NCBI GenBank assembly: GCA_001179505.1
Contig: CDMY01000389.1
Span: forward strand, 25,785 to 89,784
Length of the DNA: 64,000 nucleotides
Origin: Vitrella brassicaformis CCMP3155
Lineage: Eukaryota; Protista; Chromerida
Reading direction: 5' to 3'
Position numbers and translations under genes: made by a program. The notes beneath the pieces are model-generated. The model was not told the DNA's origin. It saw nothing but the letters and a program-made list of their open reading frames with translations, and made no database searches. Of the stretch, positions 35,328-47,651 are shown piece after piece. The first letter of the stretch is position 1; each line of letters begins with the position of its first letter.

Positions 35328-38300
35328 TCACCACATCAGGCTTGTCAACACGACCACAGAACCCAAGATTGCGACCGTGCCCAGTGCCGCCATCGCCCCA
35401 ACTCGTTTCCAGTAGGTCGTGTCGCCCTGGGCGGTCGGTGTTGCCGTGTGGTGGGGGTGGGGTGCGCCGTTGGTGGGTGTGGAGGGGCTGCTTGGGGTCT
35501 GTGCGGCACTGCCGGAGGGGAGGACGCCGCGTTCATGGAGACCCTGAACGAGAGAGCGCACCTCCGCCTCCAGCTTGCTGACGCGGCCCGTGAGCTCGTC
35601 ACGTTGCTCTGTCAGGCTGGTCTTGACGTTGGCGCTGACGTCCTCTCCCCCGAACTCGTCATGATTGCGCAAAAGGCTGCCAGTGCTCCCCTTCTTGAGC
35701 TTCTTAGTAAAACGCGGCAGCCGGCCGAGACCTGCTGACCGCGGCGATTGCGGCGGGGGGCCGTCGGCGGGCCGACTGCCGAGCTGAAACCCACTGTCTG
35801 ATGGGTCACCGGGCGGGTCGGGCGTGGGCTGGTGACCTGACACACACACACACAAAGGGAGAGAGGGAGAGAGAAGACGCATCAGTGTTCAGTGTGTCGT
35901 GGGTGAAGGTAGGTGGAGGTGGAGCCGCTGACACACTGAGGTGGGTGAGTAGATCACCATGGAGGTCAGAGCCGCTGAGTTGGTTTGGGTGCGGCCTCGA
36001 GCCCTTGACACAGTACAGCAGCTCAGGCCTGTCAAGACACTGCGTCAGTGGCGACTGGAGCCTTCCGCACCATCCAGCAGTACGTTGACAGACCGCCTCA
36101 AACACACACATGTGTGTGGCGCAGGAGTCGAAACAGGGGTTCTTGAACACATTCAGGTTGCCTGACATGACACAACCCAGCCAGCCAGCCAGCCCACCAG
36201 ACAGACAGATGCGGACATGACGTGGGGTACGCGGTGACAGACTTGTCCGTCCCGTCCCCCTCCCGCACACCGACCTGTGACAGCGTGTTCGTCGTGGAAG
36301 GGCAGAGACGTGGCGGTGTCGCAGCAGTCGTCCATGGCGGCGAGATGGTTCATGACCACATCTGCTATGGTGAAGATGCCGCTGTCGGCGCACCACTCGA
36401 CCATGGTGCGCAGCTGGGTCTCGTTGCGTTGGATCTTCTTTTCTGAGACGAGCAGGTGGGTGACGGCCTCGTGTGAGTCGCGGAGGGCCTTGATCATGGC
36501 GGAGACGTCGTCCCATATCGGGAGGTACTTGTTGGGTATTCTGAGGTTGGTCAGGACCTTCTGGCTCAGTTCAAGGATGCTCTCGTCAGCCAACAGGTAA
36601 CGGTGGAACGGACTGATATCGGACGTTCTGCACGCACACACACACACACACACAGACACGGGTATGCGTCATGCCTGTGTTCGTCGGTGTGTGTCGAAAG
36701 ATAGCCACCTGTGGTTGAGGAGCGGTGGGCGATTCGCAGCTCGATAGCATTCGAAACACGGGGGCCGCGAGATCGGGGCAGGTACACGCCTGACCAAACA
36801 AACGACACAAATGTGTGACCCCAGTCCCCATCCCCTCGCTGCCTCGCTGCCCAGACTCACCTTCTCTGAGCGTGAGTCGCTGTTGTGCGTCCCTGTGGGC
36901 CATCTCGGCCTTCGAACTCTCAGCCCTCTCGTCCCCTTCCTGCGTACTATCTTCCTCCTCGTCGAGCTCATCATCGGTCACGCCATCAGCGTCATCGCCC
37001 TCGCCCGTCCCGTCCTCACGGCGCGCCATGAAAGCCAGGTGGTCCTGCCGCAGCCGGGCGGACAGGTGATGGTGAAGGTGCAGCAGCATGGTGCCCCACT
37101 GCATCATCGACAGCTCCACTGAGCGGGGCATCGGCAGGTCCGCAGGCACCACAGCCCGGCTCTCGGTCCGCATCAGATGCCACTCAGATACGGGTGCCGC
37201 TTCTGCTGTGCTGCCCAGGATGCCCGAGAGATCACTGTCACTGCTGCCTCCCTGCAGCTGCTGCTGCTGCTGCTGCTCATGTTCTCCTTCGTCACTTTCA
37301 ACGTCGTCCTCGATGGTCAAAACGCCTTTCATTTCAGGGCAGCATTGGGCGCAGAGGTGCTCCAGCCCCTTGACAGCCTGGTTCCAATCCCACACCCCAC
37401 TAGGGGACGGATCGAACGACACATACTCAGACACAAGGTCGCGTGGCTCTGCTGCCGGTGCCGGTTCCATGAGGCCGCCAAGGGACAGAGGGGGCTGCTG
37501 TGGCTGTGGCTGGTTGTTGGCGTTGCGAGCGACGCTTCGTCGGTCCGCCACTTTGGTGGGTAGCATGTTGAGCCTCTGTCCCGCGACAACGGTGTCGAAT
37601 ATGTTGACAATGTAGAGACCCCACTCCCGCTGCAGACTGACAAAAGAGGGCGGACAGACAGACAGACAGACAGAGGACAACGACACAGAGATGTCGACTG
37701 GCCGTCTCCGTCTCTCTCTCTCTCTCTCTCTCTCCGTCTTCGTCTCTCTCACCGAATGACGATAGGGCTGGCGTTGTGCAGTACTTTGGTGACGGCCGGG
37801 TCCTCCACGACGTCCTTCAGCTCGCCCAGGACGCTCTCACGCACATCGTTGGAGCCAGCCAACAGACAGCCGAGGTCCAGCAGCAGGTGGGTCTCCTCAA
37901 CCTCCCCCACACCATCGCCCCCATCGTTGCCGGCCGTGTGCAAGAAGGACAGGTGCAGCACCGACGTGCTGGGCACCCTGCACACATACACACACAGACA
38001 CATACACACACACACACACACACACGTGTAAGAATGGGATGGATGATGTCGGCAGCTTAGGCTGGCTCGCTGTTTTGTTGTCTGTCTTTCTTGCCTGGTG
38101 AGGCTGGTGGGGTGTGGGTGGAGAGTGACGGAGAGCCGACACACCTGACCTCCAGGAGAGATCCAGCTCCCTCTGCAGCAGACTGAACGAACAGCGGACG
38201 GACAGGTTTGTGAATGATATGGATCCGCCAGCACCGTATGTCTTCACGCATTCCCTTCTCCCTCATTTACGCGACTGCATCGTCCCGTGGCCATTCCGTC

Positions 38301-39448
38301 TTGCCCTGAGTGATCCACGCTCGACGGCGCCTCGACGACTGGCGCAGATGCGCGCTCGGTCCTTCGTCACGAACTGACGCTTCTTGAAGCGTTGGTGCAA
38401 CCAGTGGGCACCCTGCACCCACACGAAAAACCCACACATACATTGGCGTCCGCTGCTATGCATCCTGATCAGCATTGAGTCAGTCCTTCTCACCCACCTG
38501 AAGCAGCCCCTCGCCCCTGTTGCCCTCAATCAGGTTGAGTATGATCTGCTCGTGCCTGTGCGGCCGCGGGGGGCCGGGTGCCGGCAGCTCAACTATCATC
38601 GGGCGACGTTTCCTCCCGGTCACAACCACGCCATTCTCAAGCTTCTCATCGCCAAAGTCGGGCAGAAACATCCCCAGACCTGATGACGAGCTGCTGCTGC
38701 CGCTGGTAAAGCCGCCCGGGCGCCTGCTCCTCGGTGGGCGGTCGTAGGCATCGTCAATGGGTGGAAATGAGGGCGGTGGCGGCAGGTCAGTCTGCTGCGC
38801 CAGCCGGTCAGCCCAGCCATAGAGGTCCTTCCTCTCGGTGGTCCTCTCGACCAGCGGCTTGACGGGCGGCAGATTCGCTAGTGTCTGGGGCACGGCGTAT
38901 GTGTTGTCTGCCTGCTGGTCCCTGTCCTTGTCGCCAAGCCGGCTCAGCAGACGATCGATGGCCGAGGAGGCGCCGTCATCGGCTTCTGAGAGAGGGCCGG
39001 AGGGGGGGGAGAGGGGGGCGGGGTAGGGGAGCGGGGGCAGGGGGACGGCTGCTGGGCTGGTACTTGCGCCCGACGATGGTTTGGCAGCAGATGATGCCGA
39101 GTTGGGGAACTTCTTGATCACCCTCGGCCGCCTGTAGGCGGTCTTCTTCTGCCAGCTTGCTGTCCTCAGGTCGACAGCTGCGGCTGATCCATAGCCTTGC
39201 TGACATGCGGCGGCCATGCTGCTCACGTGGCTCAAGGCGGGGCTGATCTGCATGGCCGTCACGTTTATTGCCGTCCAGCCATCTCGAGCCAGGCTTGCGC
39301 ACTCATCGGCGATAATTGTGTCGTACGGCCACTCGATGAGTTGAAGCAGCGGTGCGGCAGATGCATGCGCATGGTGAGAGACCACCAGAAGGGAAAGCAG
39401 CAACAAGGCCCGAGCCAATGACGGCGCCGGTGCAGCGGGAAAAGCCAT
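35328..39448 (-). CDS. Chimeric gene: signal peptide, GH13 alpha-amylase N-fragment, Rrp6/RNase D-like exonuclease+HRDC insert, resumed amylase region I, coiled coil, TM helix
   Basis: Signal peptide MAFPAAPAPSLARALLLLSLLVVSHHAHA; amylase-like LLQLIEWPYDTIIADEC...MQISP; Rrp6-like EDPAVTKVLHNA...LQREWGLYIVNIFDT and EWHLM...LPMP...TMLLHLHHHL; HRDC-like RYLLADESILELSQ; amylase RNETQLRTMVEWCADSGIFTIADVVMNHLAA; TM VGAMAALGTVAILGSVVVLTSLMW. 3' end uncertain: a possible donor at about 35332 could extend it. Confidence 0.7.
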
Positions 39449-40320
39449 TTTCAGTGGGACCTGCCAGCTTCTCAAATGTGCCGCTCTTGGCGGAGTGAAA
39501 GAATGGGCAAAAGGTGGGTTTTTCACGGCCTTCGCGCAGAACTCTTGAAACGTTTGCGAGCTATAAGCTCGCAAATGACGGGAAAGTACGGCGGAAAGAC
39601 TTAGGCGTATGCCAGGCCCTGGGTGCGTGTGTTGATGACGTGAGGGTAAGGCAGCGAATGATCCATCAGATTCGCCGTGATCACTCATCGCGTGTGTCTG
39701 CGTGCGGGTTGATGTTCAGGTCCGTAGCAGTGGGGCGAGGCAGTGCAGAATGGCAGTGCAGGCATGCGCAGTTGATGGACACACATTCGCTAAGCTTCCA
39801 ATGCATTGAATAATGGCGAGAGCGCATATCAACAAAGAAGTGTCATGTCTCGTGCAGTTCGAGTGAGTGGCATCATGAACAAACAACACACCAAGCCCCT
39901 GTCTGCCTATACCTCCCGGGTGGGGTGGGTGTCACACGATGGATGGATGGATGACCTTATTCACGCATACACGCATACATACACTCATCTATCTCTCTGC
40001 CGCGCATGGGACGCCAAACCACCACATCATCTCATCGACTTGACCACATGACATGCATCGCATCAACCAGCAAACAACCCATGACAAACACATGCACCAC
40101 CCACACACCCACGCGCATGTCATTCATTAACCCCATACTATGGGCGTGGAACACGAAACACCACAACACAACACGGAATACTCCCAAGAACGACACATCA
40201 CGTGACAGAAAGCAACAGAAAGAAACGATGAAGGCACTAGCTGATACTGCAGACTAATCACTTAAAGACAAAGAGGCAGGCCAGTGAGGACGTGTGTGTG
40301 TTCCCTTCCCTCACCCTCAG

Positions 40321-41815
40321 TCAGTGGTAGCTGTTGGAGCCTCCCCTAAAGTTGTGGTAGCCGTATACGCAGCACACGGGGGTCTTCTTGCCAGAGTGCT
40401 CGGCGTCGATGAAGGTCAGCTTGCCCTTGGCACACTTGTAGGCCACCTTCGCATAGACGGGCTTGACGCACTTGTCGGCCTCGAGCAGCTCGTAGCCATA
40501 AGGGCACTTGTACTTGTAGCTCAGCTTCTTGCTGGCATAGCACTTGCTGCCGTCATCAGTCAGCTGATACCCATACTTGCACTCGTAGTCGACGTCATAG
40601 GTCTTCTTGGCCACACACTTGCCGCCCTCGAGGTAGCCGTGCTTGCAGTAAGGCGACTTGGCTTCGTATTTGGTCGTCTTGCAGCCCCTGGGCGTCAACT
40701 TGAAGTGCTGAAGCAATGACAGGCACGCACGCAGACGAGTGTGTGTGTGCAGAATCGTCCAGTCCCGTGTTGGCGATGTTCTCACTCGACTCACTCACCG
40801 CTGGGCAGTAGTACTCGAGGTCGGCATAGTCGTATTTGATGCACTTGTGCGTCTCGTCGTCGAACTCAAAGCCGTAGGGGCACTTGGTCTTCTTGTCTTC
40901 ATACTTGTCCGCCCAGCACTTGCTGTAGTCGCTCGAGAGGGAGTAGCCGGATGGGCACTTGTAGTCGGCCTCATAGTAGGCCTTCTTGACACACTTGCCG
41001 TCGTGCAGCGTGTATCCGGCCTTGCACTTGGGAGAGTAGGATGGGTAGCTGTCGATGACCTTGACGCACTTGTGGCCCTCGAGGTAGCCGTGCTTGCAGT
41101 ATGGCACGTTCTTCTCGTATGCTGTCGTCTTGCACCCCTTTGGCGACTCATAAGAATGCTGCACACACACACACACAAACGAGAGAGGGAATGACACACG
41201 CCCATCTGTCTGTGTGGCGTGGTGTGTTCACTCACCGCTGGGCAGTAGTACTCGAGGTCAGCATAGATGTACTTGAAGCACTTGCTCTTGTCGTCGGTCA
41301 GGTCGTAGCCGTAAGGGCACTTGTAGAGCTTGTCTTCATACTTGTCGGCGTAGCACTTGGCCTTGTCGGCTGTGAAGCCGTAGCCGTAAGGGCATTGGTA
41401 CTCGACGGGGTAGTACTCGTAATCGAAGCACTTGTGGCCGTCGAGCTTGCCGTGTTTGCAGTAGGGGATTTTCTTCTCATAGACGTACTTGACGCAGCCC
41501 TCGGCGGTCTTCTTGGTGCCCTGCACCCACAATCAAGGGAACAAATCAAGCAATCAACCGACCAGCACAACACTCAATCTGCTTGCGTCTGCTTACCTCA
41601 GGGCAGTAGTACTTGATGTCCTGGTAGTCGTATTTGACGCACTTATGTGAGTCGGCGTCGAACTCAAAGCCGTAAGGACACTCGTAGTGCACATCAGCCT
41701 TCTTCTCGCACACACCGTGAGTGTAGCCGTAACCGCCATAACCGCTCTGGGCGACAGCTGGCGGCACACATGCCAGCAGCAGCAAGGCCGAAGCAGACAA
41801 GGCAAAGACGGTCAT
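40321..41815 (-). CDS. Secreted Cys/Tyr/Lys-rich repeat protein, oocyst/cyst wall protein (COWP-like)
   Basis: Signal peptide MTVFALSASALLLLACVPPAVAQ; repeated C-P-x-G-[YF]-x-[LF]-x(4-6)-K-C units over four exons; very Tyr-rich; stop at 40321. Confidence 0.8.
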
Positions 41816-42488
41816 AGTGACTGCGGAGGGCTGGCGAATGGCAGCCAAGCGGGGCGGCAACAAGACGGTGAGTGCAGGGAAGTCGCTGTAGTGGCTGTCT
41901 GTGGGTCAGGAAGAGGCTGGGTAAGTGTTTGTTTTCTGTGGTTGATGCCGGGTGCTGAAGGGGCGAAGTGATAAGGGCTGCTGTCGAAGTGAGGCGGTGG
42001 CTCCTCTGCATCGCCATGCTGTCCTTGGGGCTGATCTTTCGGGCTGAAGGACGCACTGATAGATGAGATGAGATAAGGGAGAGATCTCCCATGCGAACTC
42101 CGCACCACCATCTGCCGTTTTTTCCTCAAAAGTGCTCGTACAGTAGCAGTGTGTGAGAAGCACTGAGGTAGCCATCTCGTGGAGCCAACAAAGGGCCAGG
42201 AGGCCTCGAGGGAAGCGACCTTGGATCCGATCGAGTGAGGATCGAATTTGTGTTTTTCTTGCTTTTGGCAAATTCGTTTTGGGATTTTTTCGCATGAGCC
42301 GGTCCTCTGTGTGACCATACACACATGAGATGTAAGAAATTCGGGAAAAGAGAGGGACAGAAGAAATTTCCTGGTGAGAATTTGAGCTCGCAAACAACCC
42401 CTCTTTTCTCTTCGGCTTGCGAGGAGGTTTACTGATGAAAGGCGCTCGTAGATAGAGTGGCTATGGCAGCCTGACGGACTGACGGACG

Positions 42489-45400
42489 ATGGAGCAGGCG
42501 GCTGGCGAGGTGGCTCCTCCTTACGACTTCCACGCAGCGTTGGCGGCCATTCCCACAGGTGGGCAGTATGGATGGATGGATGAAGATGCATTATATAATT
42601 GTTGATGCACGTGCTGTGGGGGGGATGTGGCCGGCAGATTTCCGGCGTGTGGTTTTGACGATGACGGGCTGCGGCCAAGACGAACAGGACAGTGCTAAGG
42701 TGAAGCTGAACACATGAACGGCGGCACGGCAGAGCAGCAGTCGGCTGAATGCGTCTATGCGTCTGTCTGTGCCGACCTGTCCGGCATTAGGTGTTGACCG
42801 AGCGACTGGGAGGGCACTACGTCGACTCGACGGTTGCCAGCTTCTCGCCAGATGTCAACCACATCCTCGTCGGCCGCTCCCAAGACAATGCCCCTTCGCT
42901 GTTGCAGTACCTCCTCTGTCGCTTTGACCCCTCCCGACCACCACCCCTTTCACAAGAGGAGCTCACCGATGTCACGACACACTTCCCCCAGGCTCGCCAG
43001 GCCCTCCACGCGGCCGCCGACGGCCACCAAACGACGGCAGAGAGTCAGGGCTGGAGCCTCGCTGTGTCGTCTATCGGTTTGGGCAACGAGGTGAGGGTGG
43101 TGGGGGGGCCGAATCCGGAGAGCAGTGTTGGGCGGCCGATAGCTTATGCTGAGCTGCAGTGGACGAGGCAGGGGGAAGTCAAGCGACAGGTGGGCGGGCA
43201 GGCACACAGGGAGGGAAAGAGACCTCTGCAAAGTGTGTGTGTGTGTGTGTGTGTATGTGGCAGGTGGTTGTTGTGTACCATAGCTCCTGGCTGGACGACT
43301 GCATCGAGAGGGACCAGTACGGCACCGGCTGCCCTCTCTTTCTGCCCGACCCCACGTGCCCCATCCTGTGCAAACTATTCACCAAGCACAGAAAGGTCGG
43401 CGGACCACACAAAAGATAAACACACTCACAAATACGTCAAAACGCCCTTCTCTCTTTCTGTCATGTGTGTGAGCCAGGAGCAGATCAGGCGGGATCGGTT
43501 CGCAGAGCTTCTGCACCCCCAGCTCCCCGACGAGGCCCTCATCCAGGAGCTCCTCAGAGACCCCCATGCGGTCCTCATGCGCACCCTCTGCACCCTGGCG
43601 CCGCCCACAGGCAAGAGGAAGAAACACAAGATGAAGAAAAAGAAGAAAGAGCGAAAGAGAGACAGTGCCGACGACGAGCGCGACAGTGGTAGCGAATCGA
43701 GGCGCAGGAAGCGCAGACGAGCCGCCGATGCGGCCGACGAGCACATGGGCGATGGGGAGGGGGACAGGGAGGATGAGTACGAGGGTCAGGATCTGTTTGG
43801 GCCACGTGTGGATGAGCGGCCGGTGACGGCAGTTGAGGCGGAGTTTGACAGACCTGTAGATCAGGTCAGGTGAGGGGCGGGAAGGCATGCAGTGCCGGTC
43901 GCTCGTGGTGCGAGGAGGCATGGAGTGCTGGGCTGTGCTGTCTGTCTATGCTGTCCTGCTGTCAGCTGGATGTGTTTGCCGTTGGCCATCGGGTGGAGGT
44001 GTTCTCAGGCCGCAACACAATCGTTCCCATCACGTAAGAAATCGACTCAGGACACGGTGTGCTGGCTCGTCACCTGCTTGTGTATCACTGCCCCCCTCCC
44101 CTCTCCCCCCTGTGTGTGTGTGCCGTCCATCAGCGGCACCATAGCTGATGTGTCTGTTGGTGAGGATGGCCGTGTCATTCAGTACCACGTGCACCTCGAC
44201 GGCCACAGCGTTCCCTTCTGGGAGAGGCCACAGGTCTGTAGCTAGGTGATTTCCTCCAACGCATGACATGTGCATGCATGCATTGCACTTAATCAAGCCT
44301 GCCCGCTAACCGGTTTTGTGACCTGTGTTGGTGTCTGTCAGGCTGTGCGTACCCCAGGCACCTGGACTAGTCTGCTGCAGCAAGATGCGGGCAGAGGCCG
44401 CAGAGGCAAGGTAGGTACCACCGATCGCAAACGATACTGTGAATGATATGTTCTGTTCCCTTGTGTGTGTCTGCAGCGCGCAGCGCGAGCCCGCATCCAC
44501 GACGACATGCACGACGACATGTCCTTCTTCGCCCCACGCGCCCACTCCCACCAGGCCCCCTCCCACCAGCCGCACTCATCGCACCGTGAGCCCCGTGACA
44601 GCTCCCCTCGTCCCTCTCGCCCATCCCCAACCGCTGCTGATGGCCCAGAAGAGCACATGAGTGATGGAGATGGGCCTGCTGCTGACGATAAGGATGACGG
44701 CGACCGCCACCGGCAGCAGCAGCAGCAGCATGTGGAAGAGGCCAAAGAGGAAGGCATGGCTGGCGGGGGTGAGGGTGAGGAGTATCAACTCCCCTCTGGG
44801 GAGCAGCCCAGTGCCAGTGGAGCTGCTGCCGGCCCTCAAGAGCGTGCGGACCAGCAGCCGGGGGACCCCGATGGCGAACAACAAGCACCTGATGGTCTGC
44901 AAGATGTTGCTGCCGCTGGTGCCAGTGATGGTGTGCGTCTGGAGGCAGCGGCACGGCAGGAGGACATTGCGCGTCAGCTCGAGGAGAGGCGCATGCAGTG
45001 GCTGCACCGGTTCGACCGCGAGGCGCAAGAAAACAAGACCGAGATGATGCACCAGACACCGCACAACGACATGCCGGCAAGTGGCGCCGCATGCGACGAT
45101 GCTGTTCCTCCACCTACTGCCCGTCCAGATGAGCGAAACGACTGCGAGAGCCCTCGCCAGGAAGCTGCGGCTGCGTCAGCCGACCGGCCGCACGACGAGG
45201 GCGACGCTGCTGATGCTCCGGGCGACCAGCCCGGCACAGCCATGCCCCAAGCGTCACCAGAGGGCATGCCACGAGAACCGGATGCAGAGGCGGCAGATGG
45301 CTGTGGTGTGGACGAGGCTGCTGTCGCATCGGCGCGTGAGGGGACCGAGGACCTTTCTCAAGACGCCGCCGCCGATCCACCTGCAGACCAGCGTGCGACG

Positions 45401-46500
45401 GCACAGGGAGGCGACGCAGCTGCTGCAGCCGATGACGCGAGCCAAGCGGATCATCCAATGCCGGCAAAGGACATGGAACCAGATGCCGAAGTCAACGTGC
45501 CACCCAACACCGCGACAGACCCCCATCAGCAGACCACTAACGCCATCGCCAGAGCCCGTGACCAGCACCGAGGAGCATCGGACCACGAGCAGAGGGAGAA
45601 CGAGGCCGCGTCGAGTCTCTCGCCGCCCAGCACCAGCCCCCGCGACCAACCGTCCGTCAGGCAGCCACAGCCTTCGCCCAGCCAGTCGTCAGGGCAAAGT
45701 GCAGTGGTCGGCAGGCGCGGCGCCAAGGGGAAGGTGAAGGTTAAGGAGATCGACAAAGTGGAGTTGAGGTCCCTGGTGGTCCAGGTAGGTAAGTGACTAA
45801 TGAATGTACTGACAGTCGCGCCACAAACAACCCACTTATACTCGCATATGTGTACCGATGGCTGTGTCGTGTCGTGTGCTGTGTGGTGTGGTGTGTGTGC
45901 AGAAGTTCGGCCCTATAGAGAATGCCGATATGCAGAGTGAGACGCTGGTGGTGCAGCAGCTGAAAGGTCAGGGAATCTGTGGACCTCAACCAACGCCTCG
46001 CCATGTGCCGGATTTCTATCTCTGTGTGTGTGTGTGTGTGAATGTGAAGGTCAGTGGCTGGGTGCCAATGGGGACGTGGTGCACCCCACCACCACTCTGA
46101 TCATCGACACTGCCTACTTCTCCAATAGCAGGGACCTAGTCCAGCAGGCTCTCAAGAGGTGCATACCCGTCATCAAGTGGGTGGCTGGGTGGGCAAGGCG
46201 AACATACATACCAAAGGGGCGTGTGTGTCCTTGTGTTCACAAAACACGGCCATTCTTTGTGTCTGTGCGTGTGCGCGTGTGTGCGTGTGTGCTGTGTGCG
46301 CCAGGCTGGGGAAGGACAACAACTACTTGCAGCAGTGCTGTCGCAAGAAGCGTCTGCTGCCCATCAATCTGTTCTGCGACAACGAGCTGACCAAGTGGCG
46401 CAAAAGAGGCGAATCGTATGGAGACGTGGACCATGCCAAGGCGATGGCTGCTTTCCAGGCGGAGGAGAGGCGGCGGATGGCCATGGCTGTCGACGGGTGA
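42489..46500 (+). CDS. BRCT-domain protein (N- and C-terminal BRCT-like domains, central Tudor-like segment, acidic disordered region)
   Basis: FRRVVLTMTGCGQDEQDSAK-VLTERLGGHYVDS...SPDVNHILV...VYHSSWLDDCIE (BRCT); GTIADVSVGEDGRVIQYHVHLDG (beta-barrel-like); TTTLIIDTAYF...QQALKRCIPVIK...CCRKKRLLPINLF (second BRCT-like); K-rich NLS. Confidence 0.65.
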
Positions 46501-47651
46501 TAGATAGAGGGATGGGCGGGGTGCTGCTGATACACAGACTTGTCCCTCGCCATTCTGCTGTATGCCGCATTGATCAGGTGGCCGGCCATTATGTACATAC
46601 CTCCACATAGAGAAAGTCATGCTCTCGCTTTGCTTTCATGTGACGCACAAACTTTGTGTCTGTCTGTGTGTGTGTGTGTGTGTTCGATTGATTGACTGGC
46701 TGTCTGTCTGTGTCTGCAATGCATATCGAATGAATGCTTCAGCGGATCACTGCAAACAGAGTCCACTCACCCATGCACGCACAGCCACACCCCTGGACAC
46801 CAGTCAACGACTAACAAAAGGGCCAGAATGCCCCACGTTCTTCTGCCGTCATGCAACCCTTCCTCCTTCCCTCGCCCCTCAGTCTGCATCGCTACTTTCG
46901 GTACTGTCATCTGACACACCTGGCGGCCGATACATGCGTTGCCGCGCCGCCATTCTCTCCCTTCTTTCAACTCCTGCAGCCAATCAATTGAAGTGATGTC
47001 TCACTCACTTTGGCATGGGTTCATTGATGTGTTGAGTGCAATGATCACGTGTGCGCTTCCACCTCCTCTCCCTTGCGACTGACTTTGAGTGACTGCCTGC
47101 CTTGCTGGCGTGTGGCAAGAGGGGGTTGAAGCGCCAGTGCTTTTAAAGTGTGCCTTTGATAGGCTTTGGTGTGTCCATGTGGAGTGATGTGACTGACTGA
47201 CCGACCGACCGGCTGGCTGATTGGTGCCCACTGAAGACATCCGTGTGTGTTCTGGAGGATGCAGGCATCAAACGCAGCCACTCAGTCAGTCAGGTGTGTA
47301 TGTCCACACCATCGACATGCACACGCATCAAGCTCTGAGCACACCCACAGCAACACACCGCACAGCCAACCACAGTGGGCCGCGGTGGCTGTGAGGGAAG
47401 CCCTCCCCTCCCACCCTCCCACACAAACCAGTCACTCACTCATCTGTCTGTCTGTCTGTCCGTCCTCCCCACCGCTCTGCGCTGCACACCGTCAAGGTGC
47501 TATCTCCCAGCAGCAGCCATCCGTCCATCTAGGCCTGTTTCAGCGACCTTCATGGGCCGCCGAGTGACCATCTGACAGGCGACACACACAGCCGGACAGA
47601 CAGACACTCAAGGCACGTCGTGGGCAGTGGTGTGTGGGATGTGTGTCGTAC

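Noticed and set aside
44367-45796. Multiple long overlapping ORFs on both strands in GC-rich exons
   Set aside because: Expected shadow ORFs of GC-rich low-complexity coding sequence; only the frame continuous with splice sites (44465-45796) was accepted.
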